From a candidate division FCPU426 bacterium (GTDB lineage Bacteria > Oederibacteriota > Muellerivitia > Muellerivitales > Muellerivitaceae): DNA of 64,000 bases. Within the stretch, counting starts at the first letter, position 1. Each line of letters opens with the position of its first letter. Shown here one piece after another: positions 39,419-48,601 of the stretch. The position numbers and the translations under genes were made by a program. The DNA is taken from positions 640,001 to 704,000 of the forward strand of contig CAVRAL010000004.1 of assembly GCA_963719085.1 (NCBI GenBank). Reading direction: 5' to 3'. The notes under the pieces are model-generated. The model searched no databases, was not told the origin of the DNA, and was given only the letters and a program-made list of their open reading frames with translations.

Positions 39419-40507
39419 TTAGGCTTTTAACTTGGCCTTGGTCACATGGCGCACCCAAGGAAGCTTGGTCTTCGACGCGGGAACGGCCTTGCCGCGGATT
39501 TCCACTGTCAGGGGCTTCTCGACCGAGTCGGCTTTCACGTAAGCCAAAGCGATCCCCTTTTTAAGCGTGGGAGAAAAAACACCGCTGGTGACCTCACCCA
39601 CTTCTTGGCCTTCGGCGAAAACTTTGTAATGGGACCTAGGGATATTGTTCCCTTCCAAAGTTAAGCCGATCAGTTTCTTAGACGGCGCAGGATTCAAAGC
39701 TTCCCGGCCAAAAAAGCCGCCTTCTTTTTCCCGCTTTACGGCCCAGCCGAGCCCTGCCTCGTAAGGCTGGGTGTTTTCGTCTATATCGTTGCCGTGAAGC
39801 GGTAAGCCCGCCTCCAGGCGCAAGGAATCGCGCGCACCCAGGCCGCAGGCCGTTACTTCGGGCTGGGAAACTAAAAGCTCCCAAATCGCCGGGGCGTCTT
39901 TTACGTCGATCATCAATTCATAGCCATCCTCGCCCGTATAACCGGTCGCCATGAGAAAAACACCCTTGCCGTCCAGAGTGCCGCGGCCAAATCCGAAATA
40001 GGGGATGTTGTCCAAATTTACGTCTTTTACCAATCGCTTCAAAACGGCGTCAGCCTTCGGGCCTTGCAGAGCCAATAGCGCGGTCGTGTCCGAAAGCACC
40101 TCAATCGTCAGATCCTTTCCGGCGGCGAGGCGTTTCAGATGATCCACATCCGCTTCCCGCCCGCCCGCGTTAATGATCCAAAGAAAACGGTCATTGGCCT
40201 CTTTATAGACAATCACATCGTCCAAAATGCCGCCCTTGTCGTTGAGTAAAAACCCATAAAGCGCCGTCCCGATCGGCGCTTTGGAAAGATCATTGGTAAA
40301 GGCGTACTGGGAAAGTTTATAGGCCTGGGGGCCGTGGATCCGGAGGCGGCCCATGTGGGAAATATTAAAAAAACCCGCGCTGGTGCGGGTGGCCTCATGC
40401 TCAAACAAAATTCCCTTGGCGTAAGACACCGGCATGTTCCAGCCATGAAAGTCCACCAGCTTGGCGCCATGAGCCTCATCCCAGGCCAGGCAAAAAGTGT
40501 TACGCAT
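39419..40507 (-). CDS. gcvT: Glycine cleavage T protein (aminomethyltransferase)
   Basis: FHGWNMP, SHMG, GYTGEDGYE, GLGARDSLRLEAG, SPTL. Confidence 0.93.
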   Translation of the reverse strand: MRNTFCLAWDEAHGAKLVDFHGWNMPVSYAKGILFEHEATRTSAGFFNISHMGRLRIHGPQAYKLSQYAFTNDLSKAPIGTALYGFLLNDKGGILDDVIVYKEANDRFLWIINAGGREADVDHLKRLAAGKDLTIEVLSDTTALLALQGPKADAVLKRLVKDVNLDNIPYFGFGRGTLDGKGVFLMATGYTGEDGYELMIDVKDAPAIWELLVSQPEVTACGLGARDSLRLEAGLPLHGNDIDENTQPYEAGLGWAVKREKEGGFFGREALNPAPSKKLIGLTLEGNNIPRSHYKVFAEGQEVGEVTSGVFSPTLKKGIALAYVKADSVEKPLTVEIRGKAVPASKTKLPWVRHVTKAKLKA

Positions 40508-40548
40508 GTCTTTTCCTTTAATGATTTAACCCAACTATCCGACAGCAA

Positions 40549-40657
40549 GTTTCACCACCAAGACACCAAGTCACCAAAAAAGCCAAAACAAATAGTGTTT
40601 TTAAGATTCTCTTGAGATTAGGCTTCCTTGGTGTCTTGGCGCCTTGGCGGTGAAAAC
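40549..40657. repeat. Gene-less inverted octamer-repeat element
   Basis: TTCACCACC-AAGACACC-AAGTCACC-AA ... TTGGTGT-CTTGGCGC-CTTGGCGG-TGAA, about 50-nt spacer. Confidence 0.8.
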
Positions 40658-40673
40658 CTTCTTTTAAAAATTT

Positions 40674-42509
40674 TTACAGCAGGCCCATCCCGGTCACTTC
40701 GTAAACTTTCACGGGCTCGGTAAATCCTTTTAAGGCGATCGGCTCCAGCGGTTTCACGTCGATCAAACCTTTTAGTTTTCGGAAAGTCGATTCGGAAATG
40801 AGCGTCTGGCCCGGCGCGGCCTTGGAGCAAAGCCGGGAGGATAAATTCACCTCTTCGCCGATCACCGTGTAATCGGTCCGCTTGTCCGAACCCAGGTTGC
40901 CCGATACCACCACGCCCGTATTAATGCCAATGCCCATGGTCAGGGCCGGGCGGTTGTTTTGCAGCCGCACCTGGTTATACCGCGCCAAAACCGCCTGCAT
41001 GTCGAGCGCGCATTGAACCGCCCTCAGTTCCTTATCCTCAAACGGCACCGGTGCCCCCCAAACCGCCATGATGGCGTCGCCGATAAATTTATCCAGCGTG
41101 CCTTCGTATTTTAGGACCACGTCCACCATTAGGGAGAAATACTCGTTCAGGTCCGCGACCAGTTTTTCCGGCGCCATATTCTCGCTCATGGCGGTAAAGC
41201 CCCGGATATCGGTGAACATGATCACGCAGTCCCGCCGCTCCCCTTTCAAGGCCACGCCCTCACCCGATTCCAAAATTTTCTTGGCCACCTCGGGGGAAAC
41301 ATATTTGCCCAGGATATTGGTGACCCGTTCCTTTTCGCGCAATCCCACGATCATTTCATTGAAAGCGCGGGCCAAAAGGCCCAACTCATCCTTGGTTTGA
41401 ACCGGCACCTGAACGGAAAGATTGCCCTGGCCCACTTGCCGGACTCCCTTTAAAAGACTGTTCAAGGGCGCCGTGATGCGCTGGGAAATAAAAAGCGCGA
41501 TGCCAAAGGCGAAGACCACCCCGAGTACCCCGATGATGACGATGGAGTGCTGAAGATTTTTTTCCAACGCCAGCGCCTTATCCAGCGACCGCAAAATCGC
41601 GTAGTCCCCCAAAATCTGCCCCTGGGTGTCCCGAAGCGGCGCGAAAAGACAAAGGTAGTTCTCGCCGTTTAAAACCAACGGCAAGGGCTTGGATTGGGTG
41701 TCCGTCGCCCACCGGCTGTCCGGCGGCGCCAAAGGCGCCAAGGCTTGAGCCACCAAACTATTTTGACCCTCATTCCAAGTGGATCCAAAAACCTGCTTTT
41801 GGATTAAAAAAGCGATTTCACTGTCGGTCATGTTTTTCATTTTTTCGGCCAGGTCTTTGTCCAAGGCCGAGCCCAAAATCACCGCGCCCAAAGTATCGCC
41901 GCGGCTGGTGATGGGGAACGTCACGGTTTGATAAGCCAGCACCTTAGGTTTGTCGCCGCTGGAAGGCGGCGGGGTATAGGCATAAAGCAACCCGCCTTTG
42001 GAAAATTGCCCCGCGAGCGCCAGCTTCACATTCGGCCAGTCGGCGGCGGAGGAAGCCGGTTGGTCCTCCATTTTTTTGGGGTCCGGATCCCGGCCTTCCC
42101 TTAAAGCCAGGATATCCTCGGGCACATGATGGGAATCAAACAAGACGCGCCCGGTTTTGTCGGTCACGATAAAAAGCGGCGCCCGCACCACGCCGTTTAA
42201 ATCCAGGCACAACTCGCTCACGGTGGCCCGCAGCGCGTCAAATTTGGGCCGGCGCACATCCAGCGCCGCCGTCAACCGGGGAAGACCCGAAATCAGGAAC
42301 GCTTTATCGGATAAGTTAGCCGTATTGTCGTCCACAAAACTATTGAAGGTGGAAAGCGTGCGGTTTAAATCGGCGTTCAGGGCGCCCAGGCTTTCGGATT
42401 GAAGACGCTCATTGAGGCTGTAAAGAACCGCAGCGGTCAAGACCACCACCAAAAGGGTGACCGCGATGAGAAGCTTGTCGCGCAGGCGTAAAAAACGGGC
42501 GGGAGACAT
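40674..42509 (-). CDS. Class III adenylate cyclase with periplasmic sensor and HAMP domain
   Basis: Two TMs, HAMP (DELGLLARAFNEM), FTDIRGFT, DKFIGDA, NLSSRL. Confidence 0.92.
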   Translation of the reverse strand: MSPARFLRLRDKLLIAVTLLVVVLTAAVLYSLNERLQSESLGALNADLNRTLSTFNSFVDDNTANLSDKAFLISGLPRLTAALDVRRPKFDALRATVSELCLDLNGVVRAPLFIVTDKTGRVLFDSHHVPEDILALREGRDPDPKKMEDQPASSAADWPNVKLALAGQFSKGGLLYAYTPPPSSGDKPKVLAYQTVTFPITSRGDTLGAVILGSALDKDLAEKMKNMTDSEIAFLIQKQVFGSTWNEGQNSLVAQALAPLAPPDSRWATDTQSKPLPLVLNGENYLCLFAPLRDTQGQILGDYAILRSLDKALALEKNLQHSIVIIGVLGVVFAFGIALFISQRITAPLNSLLKGVRQVGQGNLSVQVPVQTKDELGLLARAFNEMIVGLREKERVTNILGKYVSPEVAKKILESGEGVALKGERRDCVIMFTDIRGFTAMSENMAPEKLVADLNEYFSLMVDVVLKYEGTLDKFIGDAIMAVWGAPVPFEDKELRAVQCALDMQAVLARYNQVRLQNNRPALTMGIGINTGVVVSGNLGSDKRTDYTVIGEEVNLSSRLCSKAAPGQTLISESTFRKLKGLIDVKPLEPIALKGFTEPVKVYEVTGMGLL

Positions 42510-42510
42510 T

Positions 42511-43197
42511 TTAGTTTTGCGCCTTATCCAAGGTAATATCGGCTTGGGTGGCTTTTCCTTTTTTGACGGTAACGGTTTGGGTCACGGGGGCCCAGTAGTC
42601 ATGCCAAGCCACCAACTGATAATGGCCCGCAGGCACATGAGATAATTCATAATGACCGCCCGGCGCCACCACGGTGAAATAGGGGTTTTGAAGCACTAAA
42701 AGATGGGCCTTCATGGAAGCGTGGATCTCGCAATAAAGCTTCACGTCCTCCGGATACTTAAACTTCACCCGGGCGGTCTCGCCCTTTAATTTTTTGCCCA
42801 GGTCAAACTTGGGATTCACTTGGGAATTGGAAAAAATATTGTGGTACACCGCGTCCTGATTGGCGAATTCCACCGTGGTTCCCGCCAAGATCGGCAATAC
42901 CCGGTGGCTGAATTGAATGTATTTTTGTTCCAACAACACGGGTTCTTTCGGCGCCGCGAAGGTGCCGGGGACTTTTTTCAAATAAACCACGATTTCCTCG
43001 GGCAAAGCGTGGGAGGTGGCTGAAGACGGGGGCGCGCCGTAATTGCTTTTTCCATAATTGGAACCATAGGCTTGGGGTGGAGCCGGCCGGGGCGGGGCCG
43101 TAACGGTGATTGTTCCTTCCAAACTGCCCCGCGTCGTCCCCGCCCAAAGCGGATTGGAAAATAAAAGAAGGCACGCGGCGAGAATAAAGGAGGCCAT
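42511..43197 (-). CDS. Secreted cupredoxin-like / carboxypeptidase-regulatory-like domain protein
   Basis: Signal peptide from ATG 43197; HNIFS and YCEIHASM. Confidence 0.75.
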   Translation of the reverse strand: MASFILAACLLLFSNPLWAGTTRGSLEGTITVTAPPRPAPPQAYGSNYGKSNYGAPPSSATSHALPEEIVVYLKKVPGTFAAPKEPVLLEQKYIQFSHRVLPILAGTTVEFANQDAVYHNIFSNSQVNPKFDLGKKLKGETARVKFKYPEDVKLYCEIHASMKAHLLVLQNPYFTVVAPGGHYELSHVPAGHYQLVAWHDYWAPVTQTVTVKKGKATQADITLDKAQN

Positions 43198-43374
43198 GGG
43201 ATATCCGGACCGAACCAGGATTGAAAACCCGCTTAGTTTAACGGCCTGCCGAAAGAAGGACAAGGGTCGTGGATTTTGGCGGCTTCCTTCAGGAATAGCC
43301 GCCGAAATCTGGTAGAATGCGCGGCTATGTGCCGCCAAGCGGTGCCATGCGCCACTCATTTAAGGAAAGTCGGT

Positions 43375-44976
43375 ATGCCGGACCCACTCTTAACCAACGA
43401 AATTAAAAACGCGGTCGCCAAACGGCGCACCTTCGCCATTATCAGCCATCCGGACGCGGGAAAAACCACGCTCACCGAAAAGCTTTTGCTTTATTCCGGC
43501 ATGATCCAAACCGCCGGCATGGTTCGGGGAAGAAAAGGCGGCAAAGTGGCCGTCTCCGACTGGATGGGCATGGAACAAGAGCGGGGTATCTCGATCACGG
43601 CCTCCGCCATGCAGTTTCCTTATAAGAGCGCCGTGATCAATGTTTTGGACACCCCGGGCCATCAGGACTTTTCCGAGGACACCTACCGAACCCTCACCGC
43701 CGCCGACTGCGCCATCATGGTCATTGACGCGGCCAAGGGCGTGGAAACCCAAACCCGAAAACTGTTCGAGGTCTGCCGCCTGCGGGGCATTCCAGTCATG
43801 ACCTTCATCAACAAGATGGACCTGCCCGGCCGCGACCCGCTGGATTTAATGCAGGAGGTCGAGGAAGTTTTAGGCATCCACGCTTCCCCGGTGAATTGGC
43901 CCGTGGGATCGGGCCGGGAATTCGTGGGCGTGGCCGACCGAAGAACGAAGGATCTTTTGCTCTTCGCCAAGGTTTCCATCGGCGGCGCGTCCAAAGCGGC
44001 CGTGGAGCGGGTGGCCTTGAGCGACCCGGAATTAAAGACCCATATGTCCGACGAGCTTTTTGAGAAGTTGAACCACGATTTGGAGCTTTTAGAAGTGGCC
44101 GGCAACCCCTACGATCATTCGGAATTTTTGCGGGGTAAAGTGACCCCGGTTTTTTTCGCCTCGGCCCTCACCAACTTCGGTGTGGAGCCTTTTTTTGACG
44201 CTTTCGTCGAGATGGCTCCGCCGCCCTCGGCCCGGATCGCGGATGAAGACGGCGGCGACGAGATTTTTATCGACCCCGTGGAAACGCCTTTTTCCGCTTA
44301 CGTGTTCAAACTGCAGGCCAATATGAATCCCAAACACCGGGACTCCACGGCCTTTCTTCGGATTTGCTCCGGGCGCTTTGAGAAAGATTTGGTGGTGAAG
44401 CACCACCGGCTGGACAAAGACCTTCGCCTGTCCCGGCCCCACACCATGCTGGCCGCGGACCGCAACAACTTGGATGTGGCTTATCCGGGCGACATCGTGG
44501 GCGTCATTAACCCGGGCGTTTTCGCCATCGGCGATACCATTTCCCTCACCGGCGGCTTCAGCTTTAAACCTTTGCCTTCCTTCCAACCTGAAATTTTCTC
44601 CCGAATCCGCCCCAAGGACGTGTTGAAACGAAAACCCTTCGACAAGGGCGTCCAACAAATGACGGACGAGGGCGCGATTCAGATGTTGAAAAGTTGGGAT
44701 GGGCTCGACTTTTACGTGGCGGCCGTGGGGCGGCTTCAGTTCGACGTTTTGCAGTATCGCTTAAAATCCGAGTATGGGGTCGAGACCGAACTCGATCTTC
44801 TCCCTTTCACTTGCAGCGCCTGGCTTCAAGGCAACGCCGATACGTTTGACCCGCCGGTCCAAGTCCTAAAAACGAGGGACCGGATGGACCGTCCGGTGAT
44901 TTTATTTCGAACGCCCTGGGACAAGGAATATACCGCGCGCAAGTGTCCCGATTTCCAATTCTTAGATATGGCCTAG
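43375..44976 (+). CDS. prfC: Peptide chain release factor 3
   Basis: RRTFAIISHPDAGKTT, DTPGHQDFSEDT, NKMD, GRLQFDV. Read directly on + strand (ATG 43375, TAG 44974-44976); track strand label is wrong. Confidence 0.95.
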   Translation: MPDPLLTNEIKNAVAKRRTFAIISHPDAGKTTLTEKLLLYSGMIQTAGMVRGRKGGKVAVSDWMGMEQERGISITASAMQFPYKSAVINVLDTPGHQDFSEDTYRTLTAADCAIMVIDAAKGVETQTRKLFEVCRLRGIPVMTFINKMDLPGRDPLDLMQEVEEVLGIHASPVNWPVGSGREFVGVADRRTKDLLLFAKVSIGGASKAAVERVALSDPELKTHMSDELFEKLNHDLELLEVAGNPYDHSEFLRGKVTPVFFASALTNFGVEPFFDAFVEMAPPPSARIADEDGGDEIFIDPVETPFSAYVFKLQANMNPKHRDSTAFLRICSGRFEKDLVVKHHRLDKDLRLSRPHTMLAADRNNLDVAYPGDIVGVINPGVFAIGDTISLTGGFSFKPLPSFQPEIFSRIRPKDVLKRKPFDKGVQQMTDEGAIQMLKSWDGLDFYVAAVGRLQFDVLQYRLKSEYGVETELDLLPFTCSAWLQGNADTFDPPVQVLKTRDRMDRPVILFRTPWDKEYTARKCPDFQFLDMA

Positions 44977-45097
44977 GAGGCTCGATCGGATTATCAAAAC
45001 GTCATAATAAACGGGAGATTTCAACGGCCCGCTTCCAGGACTCCGCCCCACCTCAACCTCATCCAAATTTTAACGCCTATCCGTTTTAAAATTCAGA

Positions 45098-45126
45098 TTG
45101 ACCCTTTTTCTAAAGGCAATTAAGGT
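45098..45126 (+). promoter_or_regulatory. sigma70-like promoter, probably leaderless
   Basis: TTGACC-17 bp-TAAGGT, 7 nt before ATG 45134, no SD. Confidence 0.55.
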
Positions 45127-45133
45127 AAATCCA

Positions 45134-46060
45134 ATGCGAGACAATTTTAAATTCATCATGATTTCCGCGATGTACGAAAACGGCGGGAATACCACCCACC
45201 GTTTTTTTGACAACCATGAACAGATTTTTGTTTATCCTTTTGAATCCCAACTCGGAACCAAACTGGCCGGCGATTATTTGGACGGAGTTTTCCCCAAAAA
45301 ATACCGGTGGCCTTCTTTTGACCTAAGCGCTTCCGCCGCCGAGGATTACCACGCCATCATTGATGAAGAATGCAAGGTCCGCGTCCGGACCCCCCAATCC
45401 AGCAAATTCCGCGATACCCCCATGGAACTGGATGATGAGGAGCGAAAAAAAATATTTATCGCTTTGATGGCGGAGGGGCCGCGGACCCGGGGCAAAATCA
45501 TCGAGAATTTTTTCCGGGCGACCTTTGAGGCTTGGAAGGACTACCGCAAACCCAGCCAGCCTCTGGCGACGATGGGCTATAGCCCCATTATTATCGTGGA
45601 CGCGCCGAAAATTTTAGCCGACCTGCCGGAAGCCCACGTCCTTCATATTGTCCGCAACCCTTGGTCCGCTTACGCGGACACCAAGAAACGCGCGGTCCCC
45701 TTGTCTTTGGAGCATTACATGCTGGGTTGGTCGTTGTGCCAGTCCACGGCGCTTTATTGGAAAAAACGCGAACCCAAACGCGTCCATGTGCTTCGGATCG
45801 AGGACATACTAAAAGACCCGCGGGGAGTGCTGGGGGCCTTTTGCGAGACGATCGGATTGAACCCATCGGCCAGCCTCGCCTCGCCGTCTTGGAACGGCAC
45901 CCCGCTTAAGACCGTTTATCCTTGGGGCACCATTCGGACGCCCACGCCCGAAGCCAACCGCAAGACCGCTCAAGAGCTGGCCGAACAGGAACGGCAAGAA
46001 ATCACCGAGCGCGCCGCTCCCTGGATCAAACTTTTCGGATACGAAGATTTTGGCGGCTGA
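45134..46060 (+). CDS. Sulfotransferase-fold protein
   Basis: N-terminal ENGGNTT loop, HIVRNPWSAYAD, LRIEDI..DP, C-terminal LFGY. Confidence 0.7.
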   Translation: MRDNFKFIMISAMYENGGNTTHRFFDNHEQIFVYPFESQLGTKLAGDYLDGVFPKKYRWPSFDLSASAAEDYHAIIDEECKVRVRTPQSSKFRDTPMELDDEERKKIFIALMAEGPRTRGKIIENFFRATFEAWKDYRKPSQPLATMGYSPIIIVDAPKILADLPEAHVLHIVRNPWSAYADTKKRAVPLSLEHYMLGWSLCQSTALYWKKREPKRVHVLRIEDILKDPRGVLGAFCETIGLNPSASLASPSWNGTPLKTVYPWGTIRTPTPEANRKTAQELAEQERQEITERAAPWIKLFGYEDFGG

Positions 46061-46086
46061 CATCTTCCGAAAACAAAGGTTTTCAG

Positions 46087-46779
46087 ATGAGACCTGAACT
46101 CTCGGTGGTTCTTCCCGTCCACAACCAAGCGGATCATATCGCCGCCGTGCTTCGCCAATATTATTTTCAATTTAAGAACCGGCCCTGGGAAATTATCCTC
46201 GTTCCCAACGCCTGCCGGGACGACTCGGTCCGGATCTGCCGGGAAATAGCTTCCCGCCACCGGAACACCCGGTTGGTGGAAAATCCAAAAGGCGGCTGGG
46301 GCCTTTCGGTGCGCGTGGGCCTGGAAAAAGCCAGGGGGCGTTACTTATGCTATACCAATTCAGCCCGAACCGATCCGGCCACCATCGTCGCGCTTTTTAA
46401 AAAGTTCAAGCGCGCTCCCCAATCTTTAGCCAAAGTAGACCGTCATTTCCGGGGGAACTGGTTTCGGGAAGGGGGTTCTTGGCTGTACAATCTGGAATGC
46501 CGATGGTTATTAGGGCTTCCAACTTGGGATGTGAACGGCACGCCTAAAATTTTTTCCGCGGCCACCTTCCGAAAGGTCTCGTTGAGATCAACCGGGGACC
46601 TGCTCGACGCCGAATTGCTGGCCCAATGCCGCGACTTAAAAATTCCACTGCTCGAGGCGCCGATCAAGGGCTGGGTCCGTCACGGCGGCAAGTCCTCCAT
46701 GAGCCTCAAAAGCGCGCTGCGTCTTTATGGGGGACCTTTCGGATTCTTCGGGCAAAAAAGACGAAAGGATCACGCGTGA
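46087..46779 (+). CDS. GT2 family glycosyltransferase
   Basis: LSVVLPVHN, EIILV, GWGLSVRVG, DVNGTPKIF. Confidence 0.8.
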   Translation: MRPELSVVLPVHNQADHIAAVLRQYYFQFKNRPWEIILVPNACRDDSVRICREIASRHRNTRLVENPKGGWGLSVRVGLEKARGRYLCYTNSARTDPATIVALFKKFKRAPQSLAKVDRHFRGNWFREGGSWLYNLECRWLLGLPTWDVNGTPKIFSAATFRKVSLRSTGDLLDAELLAQCRDLKIPLLEAPIKGWVRHGGKSSMSLKSALRLYGGPFGFFGQKRRKDHA

Positions 46780-47822
46780 ACCCCCACTTGATGTTCCGAA
46801 ACCCGGCGCAGGTGGTCGGTCTTTGGAATGAGTCGACTTTCAACCCAAACCTTTTAGAGGCGAAGACCGATAAGGGTTGGACCGAAACCCTGGGCCGCTT
46901 GGGCGTGACGCTTTTGGTCAGCCGCGAGTATGAGCACTTGGTTCTGGCTTTGGAACCGAGGCTGACCACTTGGTTTTACATCCCGCATCCGTCCGGATTG
47001 TTGGTGGACCGCGCCCAGAACAGCCTTCATATCGCCTGCACCCGGAACCCCAATCTTTTGATGGAACTCAAGGGGGAAGTGCTGATGCCCACCCGGGCCC
47101 GGTTTTTCCCCGGCTCGTTGTACCTGCATGAACTGGCGCTCATTGGAAAAACCATTTATGGAAACGCCGTGGGTGAAAACACGATCGTGAGCTTGGACTA
47201 TAACAACGGCGCCAAACGGGTTTGGTGGCCGGCTTGTATCGGGCGAAAAAAGCCGGTTTTTCACAAGAACCATATTCAGTTGAACTCGATCGCGGCCGGA
47301 AAAACCTTAAAGGACTCCTTTTTCTCGGCGTCCAGCGATCAAATCCTTCGAAAGGTGCCGGGTGATTTGGATTTTCCAGTGGATCGAAAAGGGGTCATCT
47401 TTTCCGGCACCACAAGAGAGCCGGTTGCCCGGGGCCTGACGCGCCCTCATTCCGCCCGGCTTCATCGCTCCCAATTGTGGGTGGATAACAGCGGCTATGG
47501 CGAAGTGGGACAAATTGTCGGCGGGAAGTTTGAGCCTTTGGCCAAGCTTCAAGGTTGGACCCGCGGTTTGTGCTTTATTCAGGATGTTCTTTTTGTGGGA
47601 GTGTCAAAAGTGCTGCCGCGATTCAAAGCCTACGCACCCGGCCTCGATTTCAGGAAAAGTTGGTGCGGGATCGTCGCGTTGAACCCCAAAACCGGGCGGG
47701 TTTTGGGAAAAATCACCTGGCCCCGGGGAAATCAAATTTTCTCGATTGAATGGATGAAAAACGCCCGCTTCCCTTTCGGGAGCGGAGCCAACGCAGGTAA
47801 GATTTTTTACGGGCGGAATTAA
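46776..47822 (+). CDS. TIGR03032/DUF4915-like beta-propeller protein
   Basis: LHEL, HIQLN, GLTRPHSAR, LWVDNSG.GE, GWTRGL. Confidence 0.75.
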   Translation: MNPHLMFRNPAQVVGLWNESTFNPNLLEAKTDKGWTETLGRLGVTLLVSREYEHLVLALEPRLTTWFYIPHPSGLLVDRAQNSLHIACTRNPNLLMELKGEVLMPTRARFFPGSLYLHELALIGKTIYGNAVGENTIVSLDYNNGAKRVWWPACIGRKKPVFHKNHIQLNSIAAGKTLKDSFFSASSDQILRKVPGDLDFPVDRKGVIFSGTTREPVARGLTRPHSARLHRSQLWVDNSGYGEVGQIVGGKFEPLAKLQGWTRGLCFIQDVLFVGVSKVLPRFKAYAPGLDFRKSWCGIVALNPKTGRVLGKITWPRGNQIFSIEWMKNARFPFGSGANAGKIFYGRN

Positions 47823-47850
47823 GCGGCCAGCTTAAAGACCGGATTAAAAA

Positions 47851-48033
47851 TTAAGCCGGTTTTAAGGACGGCGCGGCCGCGGCCTTGCGGCTGCGGTGAT
47901 TCAAGTCCGACAGGCAATTCCAGCAGTAGAAAACCCCGTTTTCCTCAACGATATGGATTTCCAACTCGCCCACGAATTGACAATGGTCGCACTGAAACAA
48001 AATACCTTCGGCGTATTGATCCAGTTTTAACAT
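47851..48033 (-). CDS. Small zinc-finger-like protein
   Basis: CDHC...CWNC; AGAGGA RBS. Confidence 0.6.
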   Translation of the reverse strand: MLKLDQYAEGILFQCDHCQFVGELEIHIVEENGVFYCWNCLSDLNHRSRKAAAAPSLKPA

Positions 48034-48181
48034 AAATCCTCCTTTCCAAGAAAACTCGCGTCGGGAGGCGTGGACGTCAGCGTGGGAGAGGTGAAGGGTG
48101 GGCGTTCGTCGTCAGCAGTCTCTAAAAAAAAGGTTACGTCTCAGTTACAAAAACAAGCTCGTCTTGTAACAACCGAACGTC

Positions 48182-48580
48182 TTAGCGGGCGTAAACCGGA
48201 TACAAATAAGCTCTTTCGCCCGGCTTAAAAAAATAACCCAAGGCCAGCGACTCCTTGATGTATTTATCATTTTGAAACTCAAAAGGCACCTTGCGGTCAT
48301 CCCAGCGCCGCACCCGGTAATGGCGGTAGGCCGTTCCGTAAGCGTGGCTGGTGGAATAGGTCAATTTCTCGTGGCGGGACGGCGGGACGTTGTCAAAATT
48401 AATCGTTCGCTGATAGCTATAACTGTTATCGGGGCTCCCGCCGTTAACGGTTCGGTTGATCCCGAAGTTTGAGGAACTGAAAGAAGCGCTTTGCGTGGAA
48501 GAGTAAACGGTCTTCATCGGAGGCGCAGCCAAAGCCAAACCCGGGAGCAGCGTTAAAAAAAGGACGGTTGTTTTGGTCAT
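48182..48580 (-). CDS. Hypothetical secreted protein
   Basis: Signal peptide ending ALA; no motif. Confidence 0.55.
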   Translation of the reverse strand: MTKTTVLFLTLLPGLALAAPPMKTVYSSTQSASFSSSNFGINRTVNGGSPDNSYSYQRTINFDNVPPSRHEKLTYSTSHAYGTAYRHYRVRRWDDRKVPFEFQNDKYIKESLALGYFFKPGERAYLYPVYAR

Positions 48581-48601
48581 GAGCCCTTCCCAGGCGGGCC
48601 G

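Noticed and set aside
40508..40673. Glycine riboswitch upstream of gcvT
   Set aside because: No recognisable aptamer motifs; the space is occupied by the octamer inverted-repeat element.
43276..44976. ORF track labels the RF3 ORF as minus strand
   Set aside because: The protein reads directly on the plus strand (TTG 43276, ATG 43375, TAG 44974-44976), so it is annotated as +.
48034..48181. Possible structured RNA in this intergenic region
   Set aside because: Only a short GTTACAA/TTGTAAC dyad; no recognisable family.
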